A stretch of DNA of 64,000 nt from Blepharisma stoltei ATCC 30299. Taxonomy: Eukaryota; Protista; Ciliophora. Shown piece by piece: positions 22,737 through 36,540 of this stretch. Both the position numbers and the translations under genes were made by a program. The stretch spans positions 186,001 through 250,000 of the forward strand of contig CBFDEM010000024.1 of the NCBI GenBank assembly GCA_965603825.1, in the 5' to 3' direction. Each line of letters starts with the position of its first letter. Position 1 is the stretch's first letter. The notes under the pieces were generated by a model. That model saw nothing but the letters and a program-made list of their open reading frames with translations. It had not been told where the DNA came from and made no database searches.

Positions 22737-24029
22737 TTATGTCAATTCTCTCATGCTAAAAGAATCTAATGATGAAGCTCTTTTTTTATACGTCAAAATA
22801 AAGATTATCATCATTGCAATCGAACTAGGAATCGAAATAAGGGCCAATAGAGGGCCAGTTGCACTGCAGATTTCTGGAGTTGTAGAAAAGCTTGCAGCAG
22901 CTTTATCACACTCATTGCTAAACCAAGCACCTGATTCTCCGAATCACGAAATTGTTGCTATAACATTAAGTATAGGAATTATTGCAGCATAAGCCTAAAT
23001 ATTATTTACATAATTTGCATAAGGAAACCCATAATTCTTCCCAAAAATTATCATCAGTAATGAATATCCAAATAAAAATGATACCGCCAAAGCTAGTGAC
23101 TGAAAAATGATATAAGCATTCGAAGCCGCATACAATGAGCTATACATTTTGCAGGTTCCTAGATCTTTGTCTATTAAGCACTCATAGCTTGCCAGGCATC
23201 CTCAAGGCAAGTCATTGAAGTTGTCGTTACATTTATTGCAATGTGTGATTGATCCAATTCAGCTTTTATTGACTGCTGCTCGAATGGTTCATTTATCGTT
23301 TAAAAATGAAAATAAAATTAAAACCGCATTTGCTATCATTATGAAAAGCACTATTAAATACCAATAAAATTCTTTCAATCCAAAAATAATTCGATGTTGC
23401 GTTAAATCTGAGTATTGATATAAGTCATCATCTCTATGATAGTAAGTTAAATAAATTGAAAACAAAGCGAGTAAAATAAAAAAACTCTCAAAAATCGCAA
23501 GTTTTGGGCCACTTCGGGCACACACACTCGTTCCAAGAGGATTTTCTGATACTTCGCTGCATCTTATATCATAACTTGCTTCGCTTAAATAAAATCATAG
23601 CGAAACTCCTAAAGTGTGGAAAAACAGCATCAAAGCACCAATCATTGTTAAATAAGCTTCAGAACCAAAATATTTCCCTGCTAAAAGCATTATCAATTTT
23701 TCAAGTAAAATCATTCCCATTACCCCGGATAAAATTTCTAAGCTAATGAACCCTGAAGAAGCTTTATAAATATCATCAAATGACTTGCAAAACCCTATCG
23801 AATTTTCAGCTTGGCAGGCAAATTTCGCAAAACATTCCATCCCTCATGATTCATAAGCTTCGGGGCAGTCTTTACATTTAATCAAGCCTAATTCAATAGT
23901 ATTTTCTCCATAAGCAAGCCCAACCCAATTAGTGCTTGAAATATTAATGATAAATAAAATCAGACAAGTCATTATTAGTCCAATAGGAATTCAAAACGTT
24001 CACCTTGGCCAAATTGATTTTTCTTCCAT
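22737..24029 (-). CDS. Membrane protein with two tandem claudin/PMP22-like tetraspan units, 425 aa
   Basis: One frame with TGA=W and one intron; two repeats of TM-W..G(L/S)..CxxC..C..C..C-TM-TM-W..C..C..GP-TM. Confidence 0.75.
22995..23009 (-). other. 15-nt intron
   Basis: GTAAATAATATTTAG; removal eliminates an in-frame TAG. Confidence 0.88.
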
Positions 24030-24053
24030 ATTATAAAGAAACCAATCTAAAAA

Positions 24054-27000
24054 ATGATTCTGATATTCTTATCATTATTTTTCTTATGCTTTGGGGGCGT
24101 AATCTATCCTAAAACTCCTCGTCCCATAATCGCCTCTCGCAATAACATGAACGCAGCTTCTGATTATACGTTTTATTTTCAAATTTCCAGCTATGCTCCA
24201 AGCAGCTCAATTTTGACGATTACTTTTCCTTATCCTTATCCCTCAGGCTTAGGAATTACTACCTGCTCAGCTCTAAACTGAAACCAAGCATCTATTTCTT
24301 GCTCAGTCAGTGGAAAATCAGCAATTTTAAACGTCGGAGAACTGAGCAACGCAAATGCGAATAACACTTATTCTGTTACAATTTATGGGGTAAAAAATCC
24401 AAGCATGATGGGAGGAACTGGGATGTTTTCTCTGCAAACCAGCACTGGGATTAATATTATTGACTACTGTGACTGATTTGGGGAGCTTGGAATTACATCT
24501 AATATAAAAACAATCAGTTCAGCTTCAGTGTCCTGCACTACTAATTGTAAAGCAGGACAGTCAGGGACTTATGATATTTCTTTTACAAATGCAGAAGTCT
24601 ACGAAGTTGGAGCAAGACTTTACATTTTGTTCCCAACAAGTTTAACGCTATCATCGACTCCATCATGTACGTCGACTCAAATAACAGGAATTACATGTAA
24701 ATCAGCAAATAATTTAGTGACCATTTCCGCTTTAACTTCAGCTTTAAATAAAGGGGCGAACACTATTACATTTACTAGTGTAGGAAATCCAGCTGTCAGT
24801 GGAAATGTAGGGACTTTTGATATTTATAGCTTTCAGCCTGTTGTAAATACGATGTATGACGCTGTATATGGAGTAACTGGGCCAACATTGACAAGCAATT
24901 TTATTACTTCTATAACAGCCTGCCCGACAACTGGTGGAAGCTGCACAGGAAGCTACCCAAATGTAGGGCTCGGGTATACCCAATATTACTATATTAATTT
25001 TGTAACAACAAATCCTATTCCTTACGGTGGAGCGATTCTGCTTACTTTTGTGTCAGGATTCACATTGAGGACTGACTCTTGCAATATTTATTATGGGCTT
25101 TCTAACCAAGGCTACACTGAGGATGACCAAATTTTGTGTAATGTCGACACTGCAGCTGGAACCTTAACAATAACGAAATTCGCTATGTTTTTAGGAGGGA
25201 CAATAAGCTTAAAAGTCATTGCTACAAATCCTACAACTTCAGGGACATATTCATCTTTTTCTGTTTCCACTTATTATGATACTGGGATGACTCAATTAAT
25301 TGACACTGGAACTATGGGCTCTATAGTAGTAGCAAATTTCCCACAGCCGAATAAATGGGACATTACATGAAGTGGTGCATTAACTGTAGGCAATGGGGTG
25401 ACAGCATCTATCATTTTTCAGCCAAAAACATCGTCACTTTCAGCTCCTTCAGTTTCTTTTCAGTTCAATTTCCCCACTGGGTTTTCCTTCAATGGAACTC
25501 CATCTGGGTTATGGCTTCCAAACAACGTGTTTCCTGACTATTCAGCAACTGTAACAGCTTCAGGGAGTCCTTTAGTCATTACTTTTGCTACAGCTGGCAC
25601 TGACAGCATTCCTACTAATAAAGATAACAGACTCCAAATTTTAAGCTCTGGGACTGGAATTGTGCTGCCTTCTATGCCTGGGCATTATTTTATTGAAATG
25701 ATAACTCTTAATGGTGGAAGCCAAATAGAGGGATTTTTGTATGAAATGATTGTATTGCCTGCATCTATGAGTGGTAGTGCAATGACTTATAGTATTGATA
25801 CTGACGTTATGAGCTTATATGAAATTAAATTTACACCTCTAATTGACATCCCGTCTGGATCTGTCCCTGATTTGCCTCAGCAAAGCTGGGGAACTATAGA
25901 TGTCCAGTTTCCAACCATGAATTCTAATTGGCAAAATTTATGGCCAATTGATCTAGGGACTGGTGGAAGTGATGGGACATTGATAGCTTGTAAAGGAATT
26001 TCAAACATTGAGCCGTTTTATGGAAGCAGGATCACTTGCAAACTTTTAACGGCAGCTTCTGTAAGCACTTCTACATATGTTACAGTCAGAATTACAAATT
26101 TCAAAATAATTTATGCATATGTGCCTGTCACAGTCCATATATCAAATATAATTAATCCAGCAACTGCTGATATTTATCCCTATTTAACGGTTGTGAGCTA
26201 TTCTATTACTCAGAGAGTTTACCAAACTTTAAATTCAGCTACTTATACACATCCCTTGACAAGCTATAGTGATAATAACCCATCGTTGCCAATAGTAAAC
26301 GGGAGGTCGCAAGATCCATATGGAGACGGAACTGCATTGATTTCATTTGCGCCTAATACTGTCAATATGGACACAATAATGTCGTTTATCCTATGAACAG
26401 AAGGAGACATTCAAACTGGTGGGACCTTATTGATAAAGTTCCCAAGCACTTATCCATTACCTGACTCTGCAATTAGCTGTTATATAAATTATAAAACAGC
26501 CCATACTTGTTATACATATCCAGTTTCTGGCTGAATTTCTATATTAAACACACAGTTTACCATTTATAATCATGTGGAATATACAGTGACAGTTCATGGG
26601 CTAACAAATCCAGTAGAAGTTGTAGACCCAGCTATGCCTTCAATGGTAGTTATCACAGGATATGTTGAAGAAGAGTATGTGTATTTTCATGATTTTAATT
26701 ATTTTGACCCAGGAGCTATTGATCCTGTTCATGTATTTCCAAGCTCTTATAATGCTTTAGCTACAGATATAACATATACATGACTGTTTACATGTGCAGA
26801 TGATATTCCTGCTGGAGGTAAAATTGTGTTGACTTTCCCTAAGACAAATTATGTTTTAAACACCTATCCGACCCCTACCTGCTTATTCTCAGGGCTTGAT
26901 GACGAAAGTTCAACATCTGCAGTCACTTGTACAGTTATTGGAAATACAATAGAAGTAACAAATTTTGCTACCTATACAGCCGGCAACGAAATACAGATCT

Positions 27001-30000
27001 TAGTATTTAATGTGCTGAATCCAGCGACTACTGGGTATACTGATTATTTCCAAGTCGCCACATATTCTACTTCCGATCTCTTAATGGACGCAGAATATTA
27101 TATCCCTAAAATTTTGATTACTGCACAAGCATCAGTCGGGCTGCTTACTTTTATAGATTTTTATGCCAATCCTAATAATGGTGGGGCGTTAGGGGATTAT
27201 ACAGTTTCTATTCTTCCCTCTGTGACTGTCCCTAATGGGTCTTATATAATCATCACTTTTCCTTCAACAGAGTTTTCTAACATGGCAACTAGTCAAACCT
27301 GCACATTATCTGGAGGGTTAACAACTTTATCAACCTGCTACAGTGATGGGAATAATATTGTCACTGTAATAACAGACGACGACTATGTAAAAAATGCTCT
27401 TTCAGCACCTATAAATATAACTGTTCATGATATTACGAATTTTGCAGCAGGGCTAACTAGTGGTGTGGTTGATGTTGAAATTTATTCATCAGGAGTCTTA
27501 ATTAATACCAGCCCTGAAAATGAATCAAATAGGAAAGTAACGACAGGGCAGGCGCCAGGGAAAATTTACTTAAAAGGGATAACTTCTTCTCCTGATAACC
27601 CTGATGAGCTTGCTATTTTTAATTTAACGTTTTCTCCTGCCACCAGCTTCAATTCTTCATGCTATATTATCGTTGATTTTCCTAGTGTTTTTGCAAGAGA
27701 CCTCAGTGAAAAAATGGTTTGCTCGTCTCCTGAGCTAAGCAATTCTACAGGTACAGGGATTATTTGTGCAGCTAGTGGCTACCAGATGAAAGTTTATAAT
27801 ACAAAAGGCTTTGATGTCAAGAAATTAGAAACTTTTACTATTAGCCTAAACCATTTAAGAAACCCCAAACAAGGAAGTGGACAGTATAATTTTATTTTTT
27901 ATACAGCCTGTGGCTATGAAATGCAGGATTATGGGACTTATTCTTACACTAGAGCTTATCAGTCAACCCCAGCTAATATGTATTTAAGCACTGCGACTAC
28001 AACTGGGACAAGCATTTTATATGCTTCTGAACAAGTTTATTTGGTTTCTACAATAGCTTCTTATTTCCAGAGCACAAGTAATGATTTGGTCTTTATTGAT
28101 TTTCCTCTTGGATATGATGAAGATTTTGTAGGGGATTCTATAGTCTGTAAATCTGACGTTGAGTCCTCACAAAATACCGTCCCATGCACTTATGAATCTA
28201 ATCGTGTAAAAGTTTCTGCTTTTTCTGATAGTGTAAATACACTTTATTTTACTGAATATGGGGTTTCTGTTATTGGAATAGAAAACCCAGACTCTATTGG
28301 CCAAGCACGATTTTTAAAAATGAGTTTATATATGAGCTCACAAGACCTTATATTTGCAAAGACTTTTGACAATCTAAATAGAGCAGACCCATTTTATTAT
28401 AACCAGCAAGGCATTTTGGTGACTATGAACAGTGGAAGTGGGTTTTCATTAAATGCTGGGACAAGGACATGGGCGATGAATGCTAATATAGACACTGGGT
28501 CTCCACAAAGTGTCTCCATAACCCCAACCTTAACATCGTCTACTTGCTATGTGGTACCTTCAAATATAACATTTTCAGCAGGAGATTTTATTAAGACTTT
28601 CCAAGTATCATGTGACATTAGCTCTGTATTAGGCTATTTTTATATAGAATGAAACTATGATGGGACTTGGCCAAGAAACTATTGGTCACCAATCCCGAGA
28701 ACTAAATTCCAAGTAACTGATAATAGAGATGAAACAATTACAATTGGCAGTATAGGAGTTGTACCTCAAGGAGGGGAAAGCTTCCCAATTCCTATAGCAC
28801 TATCACACCCTGTTGACAAACAAATGGTAGTTGCACTAGGAAAAATTGGGATTATGCCAACTGGATCAAGTATTTCTCCGAATTATTTTATTTTTGAAGG
28901 AGGAGATTATGAGAAGACTTTTGTGGTGGGAATTGATAAAACGTCATATGGGCTGACAGGACAGATTTTGGTGGAAAAGTCAGGGGTGGATGAAGTTCAA
29001 TACAGCTTGACTGCAAGTGGGCTTACTTATGCTGTAGGGTCTGAAGAGACTACGCCACCTATTATAGCTGATTATCAAATGACATCTGTAAGCAAAACTA
29101 CTGCTGGACTTACTATTACTGTGGATACTGCCAGCAATGTATATTGGATGCTGTCAAGATATGGGACTCGAGATCCAACTGCGAGTGAAGCTAAAGCAGG
29201 TGCTCTAAGCAATGCAGGAGATTTGCATGATACTCCTGTATTTGGACATATCTACGAATATACCACTGTTGCTACAAACAGGCTGCTATACAATATAACA
29301 GTATCAGGTCTTAAAGCTCAAACAAACTATACCATGCATTTCGTAGTCATAAACCTTGGTGGAGTTGCTGCTACAAAAGTCCCAAACATCGTTTTCACAA
29401 CGACTGAAAGATACAGAATTGCTACTTTTCCTATAAAGTTCAACCAAACTGTTACCCAAACCACAATAGATTTTTGCTTAACTGTGATTGCTTTACAATT
29501 AAGAATTGATTCGAGCAGACTTGGAATAAGAGCAGATTATTCAGGCAGCACTGGAACCCCAGCATCTGATAATAACTATACAAGTGGGAACTATACGACC
29601 TCATCAGGGATTTCTACAAGGCTCCTTGCAGATCCTGTGACAAGCCTCGATGTTTTGATATACCCAGACCCTTATAGTACCAGCACAACTTCTCCTCTGG
29701 ATTATGCAAATATGGTGCAGGACAAAAAATCATCGATCCAGGCCAGTATTCAAGAGTTCGACACTAGCCTTTTTATATCTGGGAAAGAAATTTATGGAAT
29801 AAAGCCTGTTTTTATGACAAATCCGAAGTTCGGGTCAGCTGTGTCAGGAGTCTTGAAGGTTTTAGATATTTCTTTATATGAAAAAGGGATTGTGTTTGTA
29901 TGTGTGACTGAGTATAATTCAAGCGAAACTATACCTGATCCAATTCCATGGCAAGTTGTGAATGGACTAAATTCGACGAATTATCCATGCGAATTTGCTG

Positions 30001-30230
30001 CGAATTTAACTGTTGAAGATGTCCCTGAACAGGTAAGCTTTAGTGGGCTGCAGAAAGATAAGACTTACAAAATTTATTTGTCGGGGCAAAATACTGTGCA
30101 GGAGTATCCAGACTTGATGGATGTAGTCAAAATTATTCCGTTTACTACAAATGGGATGTCTACTCAAACAACATCATCAGGATTTTTGATTGGTATTGAA
30201 GTTGCTGGGCTTATCTTATTAATAAATTAA
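24054..30230 (+). CDS. Large cell-surface protein, 2058 aa: signal peptide, repeated Ser/Thr-rich beta-sandwich-like modules, hydrophobic C-terminus (GPI signal or TM)
   Basis: Six ORF-track pieces share one frame and are separated only by TGA codons (7); recurring I.FP..C...C...I.NP modules; ends in TAA. Confidence 0.88.
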
Positions 30231-30569
30231 AGGTTTTAGTTATTCATGATAATTGCATTTAATTTTTACTAATTAATACTTTTAGAATTTAAATTTTCAT
30301 ATTTCTGGTATACTGATCATTTTAATTTAAAGCATTATTTGTTTTTATAATAAATTAGACAAGTCTAAATGATGAAATTATCATTATTCTGTATCATAAT
30401 TTCCTTTATTTTTCCACTTCTCGTTAATGTCAATCAAAATTTACGATTTCTAATTTTCTACAGCTTTGCTGTTTGGAAATTTAAATATTTTCATTAAGCC
30501 ATAATGAGTTGAAGTTCTGATAAAAATTAAATTAATTATTATCAATATATCATTTAAAACACACATGAT

Positions 30570-31640
30570 TTATCGTAGGGGTGAAATTTGCTGAGTGATC
30601 TCTTCACAAACTGCGACTTTTCTAGGATCAAAAGCAAAGCCTTCAAACAGATCTTGTAAAGATGAATTAAAAGTTTTGCTATCTACGTCGTCATTTCAAT
30701 CAATTTGAGCCCATCTGTCAAAGTTGTCTTCTTTTTTTCTTGGTTTGAAAGGAGCTGGTAATTTTTTGGAAAATAAATCTTTTCAGTTGCAGTCTCGGAG
30801 CCATTGATGATTTTTTACTTCTTGTGGACCATTAAAGCCTAGACGTTCTTCTGGCTTTCTTTGGAGAAGCTTATTTATGAAATCTGCTGCTTCTAAAGAC
30901 CAACCTTCTGGTATATCTTTTCTCTTTATTTGAGCTTGATGGCTTAGAACCATATCTTTTAATTCTCTCCTATTTCGTCCCCAATAAGGTCTGTATCCCA
31001 TCATAAACTCATAAGCAATCACTCCTAAAGCAAAAAAATCTACCCCAGGCCCATGCATTTTTTTACACATAACTTCTGGCGCCATATATCCCGGTGTTCC
31101 TGACGATTCCTTTTCCAGCCCAGGGCTAATTATTTTTGCAATACCGAAATCTGTTATCCTAATGTACCCTTTTGAATCAAGCACTAAATTTTCTGGCTTA
31201 ATGTCCCTGTGTATAATCCCATGCAAATGAATGTACTCTAGCCCAGTTACTATGCATGCCACAAAAAATTTGGTTTGTGCCTCAGTGAACTTTTCAGTTC
31301 TCATTAAATGATACCTTAAGTCTCCACCTGATACATAGTCCATTGCTAGGTACAAGTTGTTGGTGTCTTGCCAAGCATATTCCATATTAACGATAAAAGG
31401 GTGCTTTATGATAGAAAGGAGTTTTCTTTCATTTAGCACTGAGTGGACGCTTTTCTTGTTTATAATCCTAGATTTCATCATTTCTTTGATTGCATAGATT
31501 TGCCTTGTGTTTTTTAACTCTCCTTTCCAGACCCTTCCAAATCCACCCTTTCCAACGATATAAAGGAAAGTAAAATCAGTCACTTTCACTTTTCTTGAGG
31601 TATTTTCTCCATTGAGATTTGCATTGAAGTTGTTGCCCAT
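30570..31640 (-). CDS. AGC-group Ser/Thr protein kinase, 356 aa
   Basis: GKGGFG, AIK, HRDIKPEN, DFG, GTPGYMAPE; the C-tail after TGA gives W..L..KKLPAPFKP and LFEGFAF. Confidence 0.95.
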
Positions 31641-32413
31641 TAGTTTAGTTCCTCAAAGAGTAAATTTTATAAAATGTTTATAATTTTAATGGCTTCAAAA
31701 ATAATGTCAGAACAATTTTGGATAAAATTGAAATTCAACAGAAATTGAACATAAAAATTAAATTGAGCATTAATTTGAAAAGAGAAGGCAATGTGACGTA
31801 CGGAGAAAGAATGAAGACAGATTTCAATAGAGCCTGACTATTTTGTGAAAGAATGCTTACAGATAAAATTTTATAAAAATTGTAAGATGGATTCTTATTG
31901 AAGGATTCAAAGCACAGATAAAATCTGTTATGAAAGAATTTGCAGATGGATTCGAGGAGGCAGCTTTTCCATATTTTAAATACGATGTTTATAAGATGAA
32001 CTTTTTGATTGCTTTAAAAAGTATTTGATATGAAGTATTTAAGCTTGCGCATATAAATGATTAGTTTTAGCTACAAACGAGAAGCTGGGGAATATATTAT
32101 TTGTTTGTTCAAAAATAACTTAAAATTATGAAAATTTATTATTTGATCGTTGATTGATCGATAATTTCTTAATTTCTACTAGATGTGTTTTTTTTTTTAA
32201 TCTAGAATGCTATAAATCTATATTTTCACAGAATCTAATTCAAAATTTATAATTTCTGTTGCCATTTACTTTTTTGAGTCTGATTAAATTCACATCGGTA
32301 AACTTTTTTTAATTTTATTAATAAGTAGTTTTAAAATTAAAAAATTTAGTTTTATCAAAACAATTATTATATTCAATTATACCGAAAATTAATATTAAGA
32401 TAATTAAAATTAG

Positions 32414-33307
32414 TTAAGGTGATAGAAAAGGATGAGAAAAGCTATGAGGTTTTTGTGGAGAAGTAGGAACTGTTGGTGAAGAATTAACTAAATATGCAGT
32501 CAAAGGATTTCTAAGAAAATCATCTGCAATTTTTAATGTACTTGATTCTTCAAATGTGTTTTTTCGCTGCTCGCTTTTTCCTCTAGCCATATATTTCGAG
32601 TATTTTTGAAGCTGCTCAAGTGAGCATGTGTTAGGCTCCTTAACTTCTTGTGTAAAACTTAATGATAAGGTTGAGTCATTTCTTATGTGTTTTGATGTTT
32701 CCTGAAGTTCTGGTTTTTTGTTTTTATTTTCTATTGGTTTTTGTCTTTCAGTATGTGATCCTTTAAGCTCACTTTTATAATTATATAGCGCAACATCTTT
32801 TCTTACTTCATTTTTGATTTTACTTTTAACTTGTTGCAAATATCGTGGGACTTTATTTGATTTTTTATAATCAAAATCACTTAACTTGACAGGAGGTGGC
32901 CTATGGTGAAATAACTTTGAATTTCTATTATTGGATAAGCCTTTAGCTGAGTGAGAAGCCGCCATTTCATGTGTAGGGCTTTGAAAAAATTCCAGGTCTT
33001 CAGATGTTTCAAAATATTCACTGGAATATTTTAATTCACGATGCCTGTTAGCTAGAATTTTATCGGTTCCTATTTGGGGGTTAGTTTCATATCTGTCTTC
33101 AAAAACTGGATTTTTTGACGACTTTTTAATTGTTTTAATTCCTGATATTTTAATCAAAGTTTCATAGTTAAGATTTGATTTAAATCTTTTATGAATCCTT
33201 TTAATTCCATATACACAAGCAGCTTCAATGCACTCTTTTCAGTAAGGTTTTGGATAGAAGTCTAAAAAATTTGCAATGTCTGGGTTTTCATATAATACTT
33301 CTATCAT
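32414..33307 (-). CDS. Hypothetical protein, 297 aa
   Basis: ATG 33307 is in frame with the 247-aa ORF through one TGA. Confidence 0.7.
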
Positions 33308-33626
33308 TTTTATATTTATGCTTAATATGTGCGCTTTAATTTCTTTATTTATTATTGTTAGCGGGATAAGCAGCTTTGAGTTTAGTTTTAATTTTTACAT
33401 TTATTTGAATATGACTAACTATGTTATACAAAATTCTAAATACATATCATTTCTGTGATATTTTTAAACGTATCCACTTATAACACTATAATACTTTTGC
33501 AGCTATATAATATAGCAATTTTACTGAAATTTTGTTTTAAATCAATTTTATAATTAGTATTGCACTAAATCTTAAGAAAAGAGGCAGGTGGCTCCAAGAA
33601 AAGAGTAAAATTAATAAGAATATAAT

Positions 33627-34568
33627 ATGGAAGAAAATTATAAGTTCTGCCCATATCATGGAAAGCCATTGACTGAAGATGGAAAATGTATAAATTGTGG
33701 AACTTTCATTAAAAAACCCAAATGAAAGAAAAATCTATATGAAAAGCAGCCATTTGAAGATTCTTTTGTTGATGAAAGCTTTTTAGCAAGCTTAATTACA
33801 CAAGGAGAAGGTAAAAAGTACGAGTTTTGAAATTTAGTTGAAAATACAACAGAAATTACACATGCTATAAATGCAATGGTTCTATTTTTTGGGTTTTTCG
33901 GATTGGCATATTCAAAAGCACTCTCAGAAGAAGTTCTATTAGGATTTGAATATTTATTTCTATTTTGTGGGTATGCTACTTATACCTACTTAACTCAAAA
34001 TTTTTCTCTTAAGCCTGCAAAGACAGGGCTTTTGCTTTTGGGAACCTTATTTACTTTGTGCCCTGTATTAGAAACTATTAATAAAAATTATGCAGATGAC
34101 ACAATTTTTTTAATGACTTTTATATTTTCGTTATTTCACTTGATTTTTTATGATTATGGGTTTATATCAACTTATTTTACAGGAGAAGCGTCAACTGTGC
34201 CAGGTGTAACTTCAATGAATTGTGCTTTGATTTCTACTCTGCTTCTAAGCTCAAGATTATCTTCACTTAATTATGTATTTTTTATGCTTTCGCTTGCTTT
34301 CATTATTTTTGGATTTTTGCCTTATTTGAGGTGCGCAATTAAACTTAAATCAGAAACTGCATATAGAAGGCTCGGATTTTTTTTGACGTTTTTGAATGCA
34401 ATTTTAATGATGAGGTTTTCATGGCTGCTGAGCGTTTTAGTGTTAGGTTCTTTTTATTTTATTAGGTATATAGGGCCAATGTGACTTATTTCAGTCTATC
34501 ATTATAAGAATGAAGTTAAAGGACCTTGGGATTTGCCAAATATTAAGTCAAGTAATAAAGATGATTAA
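33627..34568 (+). CDS. PIGC: GPI-GlcNAc transferase subunit C (PIG-C/Gpi2), 313 aa
   Basis: K[TGA=W]KKNLYEKQPFEDSFVDESFL, LLLSSRL and C-terminal KNEVKGPWD. Confidence 0.92.
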
Positions 34569-34586
34569 ATAATTAATATCATTAAT

Positions 34587-36026
34587 ATGGAGCTACATAA
34601 GCATCCTCGGAATTCTCTTAGCATAGGCGAAACTGTTACCTTGGAAAAAATTACTATGAGATATCCATTTGTGGCGACCCCAACTACGACGACAAGATCA
34701 CATTCATATCTAAAAATTTACACAACAGCACATAAATCAAGAGAAAACTCTGCAAATCGCCTCAAAACAAGAACTCAAAAATGTGTTACCAGAAGAAATT
34801 CTCTTGTTGATTTGATTCAAGGGAACATTGAAGAAAAAAAGCCAGACAAAGTAAAAATCATTGAGGAAAACAAATTTAATGCGGCAAGACGGAACTTGCT
34901 GCAGGCCAGAAGTGATTTTCTTGAACTTAAGCGAGATTTGTCAACTTATGAATATAATATGACTGAACAAATCAGCGTAACCACAAAATTAGCAAGATTA
35001 AACAAAAAATCATCAAATTTCCCAAAAATTACTTATAAATTGCAAGATTTTTATAAAGATTGCGATATTCATGTAAAAAAATTTCAAATTGACTTAGAAA
35101 AAATAAAAAAATTGCCTATTAGTTTTGATGCAAAAAATGATAGAAATTACATAAAGGAAAAATTAGAGGTAAGGGATTATATTAACTTCAGGAAAATGCA
35201 TTTAAAATACCAGTCTTGTGCATGTATATCTGGAATTCATTGTATTGTTCAAGTTCTATGCAATTCGCTTTATTCAAGTGTCACAGCTGTTGCCCTGCTG
35301 CCAAGTGGCCAAATTTTGAGCACATTTGTGGATAATAAAGTAGTAGTTTCGACATATGGTGATTTAAAAGCTGCTTTTAAATCCAAAATAATCCCAAAAC
35401 TATATTTTACAATTACAAAAAATGACATGAATCTTCATTGAGACCCAAACTATGGGGTTACATTTTATACATTAATTTTAAAAATCAAAGGAGAAAGCCT
35501 TCCATATTCTATGATAAAGCTCTCAGATTTTGAAAAGAAAGAAATTACAATTTGTCATGGAATTTCAGCTATAGAAATCCCATTTTCCAATCTAAAAGTT
35601 AAATCCCTAGAGCGAACGAATTACTTGAAATTGAAATCGATCCTTTCTAAGCATTTAATGTATGACGAAGAAAACGAAGTTATTCAATGAAACTCTAAGC
35701 AGTTTTCGATTTTTGAAAACAAAGAAAAGGATTCAATGTATATGAATATTGATTATATTTATGAAGTATTAGGGATAAGAATGTTTCAGTTTCATTCATC
35801 GTATTTCATGGATGACAGAAGCATAAAAATTGAAATTTGGACTTATAAAGAGCATTATCTAGTCAAAATTTACAAAAATTTAGAATTGGAACTTGAGGTA
35901 GAGTCTGGGTCAGACGACTATAAATTTTTGCACAGTCTTCAGCAAATGGATTTTGTGAGGAATCCAATCACTTTTTCGAAGTCATTAGAGCTTACGACAT
36001 TTTTAAAGAAAATTGATAGTAAATAA
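34587..36026 (+). CDS. Hypothetical protein, 479 aa
   Basis: Same-frame pieces joined through two TGA codons; ends in TAA. Confidence 0.72.
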
Positions 36027-36041
36027 AATTAAATGTATAAT

Positions 36042-36350
36042 ATGAAAAAGCTTATTCTGTTTGCTATTTTTTGGGCTGCTTTTGGCCGTTTTGAGGTCAA
36101 TAAACTTTTTAGTGATGATTCTGGGGAGCTTTATTCAATACAAGCAATTTCTGACCGAGAAAAGCCCTTCATGGAAGCTATTGAAGGATGCAGCATGAAA
36201 TGTGGAGAAATTTGCAGCAGATTTACATCAGGCTCAGCTCTAATTGAGTGCATGAATCTGTGTGGATGCAAAGCTCTTGTCCGAAAAGTTGAGAAATCTC
36301 AAAATGATAATATATATGATAATGAATATCAAAATAGGAGATTATTTTAA
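36042..36350 (+). CDS. Small secreted Cys-rich protein
   Basis: Signal peptide MKKLILFAIFWAAFG; CxxxCxxxC..CxxxCGC; alternative in-frame ATG at 36033. Confidence 0.7.
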   Translation: MKKLILFAIFWAAFGRFEVNKLFSDDSGELYSIQAISDREKPFMEAIEGCSMKCGEICSRFTSGSALIECMNLCGCKALVRKVEKSQNDNIYDNEYQNRRLF

Positions 36351-36540
36351 TCCAATCATTCTTATGATTATATTTATGCTCATGAATAATTTATAATAAT
36401 TAATTAATTTTTTCTGAAGTTATGTTCAATATAAATTTCAATCAAAGATATTAAAAGTTATTAATATTGAAGACTTAATTAAATCCTATTTAATAAGATT
36501 GCTAGAAGCCAGCTAAATCTAGTCCCATAACTGAGATTAA

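Noticed and set aside
31641-32413. Purine-rich intergenic stretch with short imperfect repeats (CAGATAAAAT, GATGGATTC) and a roughly 45-codon ORF
   Set aside because: Too short and degenerate to call a gene, transposon remnant or IES.
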